Shown: piece by piece, positions 56,305 to 64,000 of the stretch | Numbering within the stretch: the stretch's first letter is position 1 | Layout: each line of letters opens with the position of its first letter | Source: Klebsiella phage KPN8 | Sequence record: OP079919.1 | DNA length: 64,000 nucleotides | Reading direction: 5' to 3' (one strand) | Made by a program: the position numbers and the translations under genes | The notes under the pieces: generated by a model | Seen by the model: only the letters and a program-made list of their open reading frames with translations | Told to the model about the DNA's origin: nothing | Databases searched by the model: none

Positions 56305-56847
56305 ATGTCGGAAATCATCAGTTACAATAAAGCGCAGCTGGTTAATGGGTTCGAACTCGTTTGCCATCATCGCACCATTCACCTGTTCGAAGATGTTTTC
56401 GAAAAGGGCAGGTACAATAAAGAGTTCGTTGCTAAATTTGACGAACTGGAAGTATTTTTGGATGTTCGTTACGCGATCATCTTAGGGAGAAAAGATAAAG
56501 ATCTCACACTGCATCTAATTCGCAGTAATGCAGCTCGTGAGATCGTCAGCTGGGATTATCATTACAAGTCCAATGATAACCGATCTGACAATTGGAAGAT
56601 GGAGGCCATCGGGCAGTTTATCGTCAGTGACATGGAGCAGGGATATTTCTCCCTCTCCCCTGGTTATCGAAGTGATATCAACGACCTACTGACTTATATC
56701 GGTGGTCAAGAGAAAGAGGTCAATATTCGCAATACAGAAATCAGCGTCAGTGAAGGTAAATTTAACTTCGTGGGCCGTAACGGACAACTCGGCCCGGGTT
56801 TGTTGTCAGAGACCAAACCCGTTAACCTCATTAAGCTGTGGGCATAA
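56305..56847 (+). CDS. hypothetical protein (180 aa)
   Basis: CTAGGAAAAAAC-ATG. Confidence 0.6.
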   Translation: MSEIISYNKAQLVNGFELVCHHRTIHLFEDVFEKGRYNKEFVAKFDELEVFLDVRYAIILGRKDKDLTLHLIRSNAAREIVSWDYHYKSNDNRSDNWKMEAIGQFIVSDMEQGYFSLSPGYRSDINDLLTYIGGQEKEVNIRNTEISVSEGKFNFVGRNGQLGPGLLSETKPVNLIKLWA

Positions 56848-56850
56848 TAA

Positions 56851-56895
56851 TAACTCCTACTCCCGATAAGGGAGTAGGAGTTATTAACTTTTTTG
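56851..56895. terminator. bidirectional terminator, palindromic family member 6 (TAACTCCTACTCCC-GATAA-GGGAGTAGGAGTTA)
   Basis: identical to 27337 element; between convergent genes. Confidence 0.75.
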
Positions 56896-56898
56896 TTT

Positions 56899-58947
56899 TT
56901 AGAACAAATCTAAAACTGAAGATGTGGATTTAGGAAGCGGCATAGTAGGTAATTCGAAATCCATTAACTCCAATGCCTCTTCCCCACCGATAGCCCTCAA
57001 TGAAGGATTATTCAGTGTACTCTGAGATAACAGCTCTTCAACGTTGTCCCTCGACCACTGTAGAATATCGATGGACCGGGTCATGATGTTAAGTTCTTTA
57101 CCGGTATCCAGCTCGATCATCCAGAAGAAGCAAGGTTTATCCTGACCTTGTCTGAAGATACGCGCCTTGGTTTGTTTCAGCTCGTAATCCCTCCAAGGGG
57201 CATCCATGAGGATCTCCTGGTTAGCTACGACCATGTGCGCCGATTCCCTCAAAGATCTGAAGGTGGTGACTGCTGGGTTCAAATCAGGTTCCGTATCAAA
57301 CCGTTTGATTAGAATGTCTTTAGACTGATCGGCATCACCGTAAATCAATAGCGGTTTAAACCCTTCCTTGTTAAGCACACTATAGACTTCATTCAGCACA
57401 TCCACATAAGACGTAAAGATCAGTGTTTTCTTCTCTACGTTGTTTATCATGGATGGAAGTCCTGCATGCGCAACAACTGCCCTTACGGCTTCTATACGGG
57501 CCTTACCCAACACATTACCTAAAGCCTCCCCTCTTATCTTCAAGCCAACGTACTTAACGGCCGATTTGATATTGCGGAACTGTTTCAGCTGCTCTCCACG
57601 TAATCGAGCTTCAATGTCGATTTCGACGTTCTTAGCGTACTGGGAATCAGCTGAGTCAGTAAAGTTGTTATAACCGTGAGTTCTGAACCGATTCACGATC
57701 TGTTTGTATTTAACCAGTTCACCCAGCTTACCGTTGTCATCTTTAACGTAGCTTTCGTAATCGTCTAAAACGTGATTAAAGAAAGCCAAAAAAATCGGCA
57801 TGTTTTGTTCGTAGAACTTGACTCGGTTCTGTATGTAAGAAAGCATTTCGAGTCTAATGGCTTTCAACGTGAATCGTTCGCCATTAGGAACGGTAACCGG
57901 AACCATTTCTACCGGTGGCTCCTCACCCATATCAAAGAGAGAATCAATGACGTAACGTGTTCTACCCAACCGATGGGCCAGAAGGGTGTTAAGTTTATCC
58001 CTGGATAGCCCGTAAGACTTCATGAAACGCTCTCTGGCGTTTCCTTTAAAGAAAGGATCTATCAGTGCAAAGATTGAATACGCTTCCCTTGCCATGGCTT
58101 TTAGAGGGGTTCCTGACATAGGAAGAGAATCATTGAAGGGATAATGGTCAGCGGCTTTAATGATATTCTGGGTTTGTTTAGAACTCAGCTCGTTAAAGTT
58201 GTGGGACTCATCAACAACGAGTGACACTCCGCCTTTACCAGCCGCCTCGAAAACCTGATCGAGAATCTTAAAGAAATCAGGGTTTCTTGTATAATCAATG
58301 TGAATAAGGAAGTATTCGCAAGAAGGATCAAACGGTTTATTTTGACGGGTACTCCAATACTTAGGAGGGTCAACAAAAACCTTTTCCTCCATGTGCAACT
58401 TCCAGACGGTATTGATTCCTGCGTCTGGGCAAATGATGATATGTTTTTTATTACCCGTTAATCTTGTCCACATCAAGCTAGTGTAGGTTTTTCCACTACC
58501 TGCCTTGGCGTCCAGCAAAAGCCCTTTAAGGTGGTGTGATTTCTTAACCATCTTGTAAGTGGATATAAAACCCCATTGAGTATCATAAGGTTTTATTTTA
58601 AACTGTTTTAAAAAAGAAGCTTTGTCTATCGGATAAGCTGTAGGGGTAACGGTATCCTTTATCCAGGTATCCGTTCTGAGTTTTATTTGGAGTTCGTTAA
58701 GGCTCTTGCGACTACTCCAAGTATTTCTTGACTGGAGGATCTTTGTTATTAGATGATCCAACTCCAATAAGAAAAAGTTATCCGTAACGAACTTATTGGA
58801 CCCAACACGTCTGAACATATAACGACCTGGCGTGCTTGTACCATACGCGGTCTGTATGTCGTCATTAAAGTTACGGAAGTTAACATGATTGATTTCCGTA
58901 ATAGTCGGTCCTTGTTTAACATCAGGCCCAAAGATATAGTTTAACAT
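56899..58947 (-). CDS. SF2 (SNF2/DExH-like) helicase
   Basis: motif I AKAGSGKT, II VVDESHNF, III LPMSGTP, VI QTKARIFRQGQ; ATG 58947 preferred over TTG 58953. Confidence 0.8.
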   Translation of the reverse strand: MLNYIFGPDVKQGPTITEINHVNFRNFNDDIQTAYGTSTPGRYMFRRVGSNKFVTDNFFLLELDHLITKILQSRNTWSSRKSLNELQIKLRTDTWIKDTVTPTAYPIDKASFLKQFKIKPYDTQWGFISTYKMVKKSHHLKGLLLDAKAGSGKTYTSLMWTRLTGNKKHIIICPDAGINTVWKLHMEEKVFVDPPKYWSTRQNKPFDPSCEYFLIHIDYTRNPDFFKILDQVFEAAGKGGVSLVVDESHNFNELSSKQTQNIIKAADHYPFNDSLPMSGTPLKAMAREAYSIFALIDPFFKGNARERFMKSYGLSRDKLNTLLAHRLGRTRYVIDSLFDMGEEPPVEMVPVTVPNGERFTLKAIRLEMLSYIQNRVKFYEQNMPIFLAFFNHVLDDYESYVKDDNGKLGELVKYKQIVNRFRTHGYNNFTDSADSQYAKNVEIDIEARLRGEQLKQFRNIKSAVKYVGLKIRGEALGNVLGKARIEAVRAVVAHAGLPSMINNVEKKTLIFTSYVDVLNEVYSVLNKEGFKPLLIYGDADQSKDILIKRFDTEPDLNPAVTTFRSLRESAHMVVANQEILMDAPWRDYELKQTKARIFRQGQDKPCFFWMIELDTGKELNIMTRSIDILQWSRDNVEELLSQSTLNNPSLRAIGGEEALELMDFELPTMPLPKSTSSVLDLF

Positions 58948-58977
58948 CACCAATCACCCGTTATTAGGAGTAGTAAA

Positions 58978-60255
58978 ATGAATTCTGTCGACATCAACAC
59001 CTATAAGAAGTTCTTCTCTGCTGTTGCCGCTGAACTGTTCAGTAATCTGGAAGATCTCAAAATCGTTTCCCATCGTCACGCGCTGTTAAATATTCTGTTT
59101 ATCGACGGGATCAAAATCAGTACGGGTGAACGTCGCCGCTATGCCTTCCACGAAAAGCATCTGAAGGCGGTCAAAGAACGCATTAACCTGGGCGACTTCT
59201 CTTTCCTCGATGAGCAGGTTCGGGATAAAGATTTCCAGCCGCGACAGTATAAAGGCGTCGAAATCGATCACGCTTACGGCTATGTGGTCAGCGCGGTCCC
59301 GGTCTTCACTTCCATGGAACAGCGCGGCACCGGCGATAAGGAATTCGACAACATGACCACCGGCCAACTGGCACGTGTTGATCAGTGGTTCACCGACTAC
59401 GCTAAGAAAGAAACCGACCAGCTGAAAACCATCGCCGATCTTACCGAAGCCTGGGGTAAATTCACCACGACGGTCAAGGATCACGATCTCTACTTCGGAT
59501 TCGACATCGAAGATCATAAAATCAGTCTGACCCTGGATAAAGCGCCTCCTATCGCTGATGAGATCAAGATCCTTCGTCAGCCGGTTACCCTGGAACAGCT
59601 CGCTGAGTTCTCTGAAGATGACCAGAAACACATCGCCGGTGTTCAGGCTGCCATCGACAAGATGAACGAACTCACTTCAGGGTTCTTCGGCATCGAGCTG
59701 GGTAACAAATACCTCACCCAATTCCGTGAGCGTATTTGGGAGCAGAACTTCTCCATGCCGCTTCAATATCAGACCAACATCGTCTATGAGTTCACCGATA
59801 ACACGCCTGAAACTCGTGCCCTCGTAGAGGAACAAGTCGAAAAGGTTATCAGTCTGCTGAAAGATAAAGAAGCCGAGCTGGGTAATCGTGTCTATCTCGA
59901 CACTAACTCGCTGGCGACCTTCGTTGTTAACGAAGAAGGTGCTAACGAATACTACGACTACCCTGTGGTCCGTGAGATGTGGTCGAAGTTCGTTCGCTCG
60001 TTCGGTAAAGCGATCCTCAACCTGATGAACCAGACCGAATCGGTTTACTTCAAACCCTACATCTCTAAGGTAACCAAAGTGGAAACCGAAGAAACTCCTG
60101 CTGTTCGTAAACGTGGTGAAAACCCGCACCTGGTCGCAGTTGATGAATCGCCTTTTGTAGATGGCGATGCAGAAGTGGTAGTTGAAGACGATTCCGCCCA
60201 GGATGAAACCTATGCGCTCGAAGGCGACGCTCAGGCTCCTAGTCAAAACGTTTAA
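58978..60255 (+). CDS. hypothetical protein (425 aa, acidic C-terminus), GC3-rich probable abundant protein
   Basis: GGAGTAGTAAA-ATG; host-like codons; terminator after. Confidence 0.7.
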   Translation: MNSVDINTYKKFFSAVAAELFSNLEDLKIVSHRHALLNILFIDGIKISTGERRRYAFHEKHLKAVKERINLGDFSFLDEQVRDKDFQPRQYKGVEIDHAYGYVVSAVPVFTSMEQRGTGDKEFDNMTTGQLARVDQWFTDYAKKETDQLKTIADLTEAWGKFTTTVKDHDLYFGFDIEDHKISLTLDKAPPIADEIKILRQPVTLEQLAEFSEDDQKHIAGVQAAIDKMNELTSGFFGIELGNKYLTQFRERIWEQNFSMPLQYQTNIVYEFTDNTPETRALVEEQVEKVISLLKDKEAELGNRVYLDTNSLATFVVNEEGANEYYDYPVVREMWSKFVRSFGKAILNLMNQTESVYFKPYISKVTKVETEETPAVRKRGENPHLVAVDESPFVDGDAEVVVEDDSAQDETYALEGDAQAPSQNV

Positions 60256-60274
60256 TCGATAACGCAAAGAAACT

Positions 60275-60320
60275 ATTCCTCCTACCCGTAAGGGTAGGAG
60301 GAATATATTTCTGTTATTTT
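60275..60320. terminator. bidirectional terminator, palindromic family member 7 (ATTCCTCCTACCC-gtaa-GGGTAGGAGGAAT + T10)
   Basis: 13-bp stem; convergent genes. Confidence 0.8.
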
Positions 60321-60324
60321 TTTT

Positions 60325-60984
60325 TTACGGCGTTTGTTCATTCTTAGCGGCTATTAACGCAGCCTCTAATTCCTGAATGTACAATTGTTGTTTGGTTATA
60401 GTTTCGGCCTGCTTAGCGAGTTTGATTTGATCCGTCTCTGCATTAGCGATAGCGTTAAGCCGAGTAGATTCAAATATTTCCGCGTCTTCTTTCGACACAT
60501 AAGCCCTGGTAGGAATACTACCGATGTAGCTCTTCGCGTTAGCAAGTCCGAAATTAGTTTTAGCGTAATCTTGGAAGTGATCGATCAACGTGTTAATTTT
60601 ATCCGCCATCTGAGGAGGGCATGCCCCCAGGTCGGTGTAAACAACAAATCTTTCAAAGATCACCCCGTCAATTAGGGGAAATGATTTGATATAGGTGCTG
60701 GGAATATAAACCGGAGATCCGTTTTTAGAGGTCAGGGTGATGATCGCCCCGTTATTCTCTTCTACCAGATCTAAGATACTTTCATAAGCATCTTCTGATA
60801 TCCCCACTGGTTCGAACATCAATCCCCAAACATCAATATTCCTGTTTCGGAACTGTGCCGCCGTACAGACGTCTTCCACTTTATAAAAGATGGACTCGTC
60901 GACCACTGTTGTAAAAGGTGTGATCGCGGTAAATTGTCCCGCGGCATAGAGTGAAGGAATGACGTTTTTATCAGTGTCTGCCAT
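60325..60984 (-). CDS. hypothetical protein (219 aa)
   Basis: ORF on minus strand in a 3-gene reverse block; AGAGG before ATG. Confidence 0.6.
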   Translation of the reverse strand: MADTDKNVIPSLYAAGQFTAITPFTTVVDESIFYKVEDVCTAAQFRNRNIDVWGLMFEPVGISEDAYESILDLVEENNGAIITLTSKNGSPVYIPSTYIKSFPLIDGVIFERFVVYTDLGACPPQMADKINTLIDHFQDYAKTNFGLANAKSYIGSIPTRAYVSKEDAEIFESTRLNAIANAETDQIKLAKQAETITKQQLYIQELEAALIAAKNEQTP

Positions 60985-60994
60985 GGACTAACCT

Positions 60995-62332
60995 CTATTC
61001 GGTAATAATCCCGTCTTTAATAAACTGGGCCTTGGTCACCATTTGGAATCGGGTGGATCCCACTTGAATGGTTGCGAAGAGAATATTGTCCTTGACCAGA
61101 CGTTTGATCCCTGCCGGGACCAGACCGTCTTCAGTTAACACTTCTGCTCCGCTGATCAGTGTTTGCATGGCGGTGATGAAGTCGGTTGTGGCTGTAGACA
61201 TCCATGCGAACTGGGAATCGGTAGAAGGGATGAGCTGATAATCAGGGTAGAGTTCTTTGATTTTAGTCACGCCGTTAAAGTTCGTCGGTTTACCGGCGAA
61301 ACAGACTTTAGCGGATTTATAAAGGAAAGGAACGATCTGCGCTGATTTTATGATATTATCGGACGTATAACCTATAAGGTATTTCGTCGGATTTGTTAAA
61401 AGTGTTTCGTAGCTGGCAATCGGAGAGTACAGCGAACTTCCATCTGTTTTATTCTCCAAACCTAACTCATCCCAATAAGGGATCGCAACAAACTGCGTCG
61501 GGTTAAAAAGATCAGGGATGGCGTTCTCCCAATCCTCTTCACTTTCAGACGTTAATGCCAAAATGGCATTTGCTATCTCAGTGTAGATCTGATCTTCCTG
61601 ATCGTCGGCGTTACCGTAAACCAACACAGTGAAATAAACGGTGTTGTAATTCGCGGTATTTACCAGATCGTAGACTTTGAACGGATAGACGAAACGAGAG
61701 CTGTATCGGTATTCGCCGTCATTGGTTGCTGCTAAGACGCGTTGCTCGATCACGCTAGGGGTTTCTTGAGCAAGTCTAGTAGCGAGCTGCTGATAATTCA
61801 GTGTGACGAGTTTATCGATTTCGTCATCTGGAAGCACCAGGATAGGGACGATTTCGCAATAAGGATATTCCGCTTCAAAGTAAGCATTAGCGAACCAGAT
61901 TTTAAAATAAACGGTATCCCCGTTAGTCAGCGTCTGGGTACCCTCAATATGAGAAGGAAGATAAATGACACTATTCGTGACCATCGTTCCTACACCGCTG
62001 AATACTACCCCGGCGGTAAATTGTGCTTGCACTAACTGCAAACATGCTGTACTATCGTTAGTTAATACTCCGGCCACCGCCTGTTGATAAAGCCACTGAG
62101 CGATGTCCAGCTGTTTATTTTTTGTTTCATCCGGCATGATTTCGGCAACATCATCCTTCACACCATAAAAATTAATTAAGGTGGGGATGTGATCATCGCT
62201 GCGATAGAAACCCGGATCTTTCGAATACGCTCTCGTTTTGCTAGACAGCTCCCCTAACGGGGAAACCACTTTCTCGTGGTTATCACTTAGCGCCGCAATA
62301 GCACTAAATGAAAGGTATGAATATTTGCTCAT
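60995..62332 (-). CDS. hypothetical protein (445 aa), possibly structural
   Basis: long minus-strand ORF with no competing plus-strand gene. Confidence 0.65.
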   Translation of the reverse strand: MSKYSYLSFSAIAALSDNHEKVVSPLGELSSKTRAYSKDPGFYRSDDHIPTLINFYGVKDDVAEIMPDETKNKQLDIAQWLYQQAVAGVLTNDSTACLQLVQAQFTAGVVFSGVGTMVTNSVIYLPSHIEGTQTLTNGDTVYFKIWFANAYFEAEYPYCEIVPILVLPDDEIDKLVTLNYQQLATRLAQETPSVIEQRVLAATNDGEYRYSSRFVYPFKVYDLVNTANYNTVYFTVLVYGNADDQEDQIYTEIANAILALTSESEEDWENAIPDLFNPTQFVAIPYWDELGLENKTDGSSLYSPIASYETLLTNPTKYLIGYTSDNIIKSAQIVPFLYKSAKVCFAGKPTNFNGVTKIKELYPDYQLIPSTDSQFAWMSTATTDFITAMQTLISGAEVLTEDGLVPAGIKRLVKDNILFATIQVGSTRFQMVTKAQFIKDGIITE

Positions 62333-62358
62333 AATGTCGTCCGTTAAGGAAAGTGAAA

Positions 62359-62766
62359 ATGTTTCCCATAGCCAAAGAACTGGTGGATAGGTTCATAGAA
62401 TGGCTCCTCAGGCGCGCGTCTGGAGAGACTTTAGAAGAAAAACAGAACTCGGCTATTCGGTATATTTCCTACGTTGCCGGGGGATTATTGTGGGCGGTTT
62501 TGACCCTCGTCGTCATCGATATTAATTTATCTTTACGTATACACGCAACTGAAGGCGCTGCAGCAGCGGTTAACAAAATGTTCTCTACGGATAGGAACCC
62601 TATAGATGAACTGATTAAAATCAACCGCACGTTAAGCGACAGGGTAGAATCGCTCAGGGAAGAAAATATTCTTTTAATCAAGGATAACTTGCGTCTATTG
62701 GATCAAACTAAAGTCATGGAAGATGTTGTAAAAACCTGCAAAAGACCGTCAACCAAAAAACAGTAA
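62359..62766 (+). CDS. membrane-anchored coiled-coil protein (135 aa)
   Basis: AAGGA 8 nt before ATG 62359; TM helix plus heptad region. Confidence 0.55.
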   Translation: MFPIAKELVDRFIEWLLRRASGETLEEKQNSAIRYISYVAGGLLWAVLTLVVIDINLSLRIHATEGAAAAVNKMFSTDRNPIDELIKINRTLSDRVESLREENILLIKDNLRLLDQTKVMEDVVKTCKRPSTKKQ

Positions 62767-62774
62767 TATTTTTA

Positions 62775-62806
62775 TACTAGGGATCCCAAATATGGGATCC
62801 CTAGTA
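62775..62806. other. perfect 14-bp palindrome TACTAGGGATCCCA-aata-TGGGATCCCTAGTA (hairpin without T-run)
   Basis: contains two BamHI GGATCC sites; after gene stop. Confidence 0.4.
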
Positions 62807-62832
62807 TTACACAATGACAAAGGCCTTGAACT

Positions 62833-64000
62833 ATGTCTGAGATTAATCTCGTTTATTATTTAGTGAGTCGAAAAGTAGAAGGTAAGAAAACAGAAAGGGC
62901 TTGCGCAGGCGCTTTCGGTTATTCTTACGACGTATCCGTGGTGGGTAAGAAAAAGTTACAGAAAGATGTCCCTACTACCGTAGGGTTTTATGTCGGAAAT
63001 ACGACGAGCAATGGAACTGTAGTAGAACCTATCGATTCCCTTTCTGTGGTTGTTTCGGATAGGGCTCTGGAAATAGAAGCTCAACTGGACTTACTCAAAG
63101 TTATTCTGGAGGATGCCGTAGAGCATGAGGATGTTAAGAACATCGGGTTAATTGGGAAATACCCGTTACTCGAGAAACTTCTTACGGTCGACCCTTCCAA
63201 AATCGTAGAAAAGGAATATAAGTTAGGTAAAACGGAATTTAATAAAGAAGCGGTTAAATCTCTTACAGATATCCAAGCCCTTATGGATAAACTAAAGGGA
63301 AGAAGCAAACTCATCTTTAACTTCACACTAAGTGTTGAAGGTGGGATGGGTCCTAAGATGGCATGGCAGTCGGCTGGCATCGCCGAGGTTGAAACGGTTT
63401 GGGGAATGGAACCCATTGCGGCTTTATACCGTCAACCGATGAAAACTTTCCTTAATCCGGAGAGTGACTTTAACCGTATCATTTGTGGTAGCCGGTGGTA
63501 TTTTAACACAGGCGAAGGCAACGACTTCTATGAACTAAAGGAAGGTTACCGCCGCTACGGCTTCGGTAAAGTCGAGAAAGATAAGAAGTATTACGGTAAG
63601 CTCACCCCAGACGTGACTTATTCCTCTTTCTACACAAAGACACCTATAGCGCTGTTGGATAAGCTTTATGATTATACCGAGAAAAGGACGCATAACCCTA
63701 AAGGTTTGATGCTCGCTGGGAACATGCAATTCGTCAAATCTAAGGAAATAGCCAGGCTTATCGATAACTGCCCTGGGGTAGTGAGAGAAAAGGATTTGAT
63801 CGTTCCGTTTAGAATGGGTTCTCAGGATGAGCCCACTTTGGTGGAGCTGATTGACCCACCTGGACTCACTTACCGGATTTCTGATGTCATGGAAGAACAT
63901 GACATTATCTTACACAGCTTCTTAAACAAAGATGAGTTCAATAAATTCGGGCAATATCAAAAGTTCTACGATATAACGAATGTCATTTTTGAGAAGATCC
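62833..64000 (+). CDS. hypothetical protein, 5' portion (389+ aa, continues past window end)
   Basis: hand translation: no stop in frame 1 from ATG 62833 to 64000; absent from ORF track because it has no stop. Confidence 0.65.
   Translation, partial: MSEINLVYYLVSRKVEGKKTERACAGAFGYSYDVSVVGKKKLQKDVPTTVGFYVGNTTSNGTVVEPIDSLSVVVSDRALEIEAQLDLLKVILEDAVEHEDVKNIGLIGKYPLLEKLLTVDPSKIVEKEYKLGKTEFNKEAVKSLTDIQALMDKLKGRSKLIFNFTLSVEGGMGPKMAWQSAGIAEVETVWGMEPIAALYRQPMKTFLNPESDFNRIICGSRWYFNTGEGNDFYELKEGYRRYGFGKVEKDKKYYGKLTPDVTYSSFYTKTPIALLDKLYDYTEKRTHNPKGLMLAGNMQFVKSKEIARLIDNCPGVVREKDLIVPFRMGSQDEPTLVELIDPPGLTYRISDVMEEHDIILHSFLNKDEFNKFGQYQKFYDITNVIFEKI

Noticed and set aside
59086-60267. Two minus-strand ORFs (181 and 196 aa) inside 58978-60255
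   Set aside because: Same GC3 artefact; they would run through the downstream terminator in the wrong orientation.
63081-63900. Two minus-strand ORFs (111 and 121 aa)
   Set aside because: They lie antisense to an uninterrupted plus-strand reading frame of more than 1.1 kb, which is far more likely the real gene.

Overview
Dense, almost entirely plus-strand gene array of a large virulent (probably jumbo) phage of a Gram-negative, likely enterobacterial, host. About 115 short genes are translationally coupled by ATGA/TAATG overlaps, and most carry a conserved TTTAGGA..AACATC-ATG initiation context. No rRNA, tRNA, CRISPR array or integrase was found. Recognisable products include dihydrofolate reductase, a ThyA-family pyrimidine C5 enzyme, thymidine kinase, a MazG-like dNTP pyrophosphohydrolase, a DEDDh exonuclease and an SF2/SNF2 helicase. 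There is a GroEL-like chaperonin with no adjacent GroES, a Bcs1-like membrane AAA+ ATPase, two paralogous metallophosphoesterases and a PF10127-like Pol-beta nucleotidyltransferase module. Also present are an SPFH lipoprotein, a bactofilin-like protein, a transglutaminase-like protease, LysM and DUF1353 proteins, an HNH homing endonuclease abutting tdk, an XRE HTH protein and a 58-aa AlpA-like regulator. Many small secreted, membrane and highly acidic proteins fill the rest. The most striking module is a phage-borne pnuC-nadR pair, a nicotinamide-riboside importer plus a bifunctional NMN adenylyltransferase/NR kinase. This is a complete NR-to-NAD+ route, plausibly an NAD+-reconstitution counter-defence distinct from the Nampt/Nmnat and Adps/Namat routes. 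Other notable structure: seven near-identical palindromic terminator elements, TATATTAC promoter-like boxes in intergenic gaps resembling the phiKZ-family early consensus, a 20-nt exact repeat upstream of two GTG-start genes, and four GC3-rich genes with host-like codon usage that are probably highly expressed. All functional calls rest on motif recognition by eye; no database search was possible.
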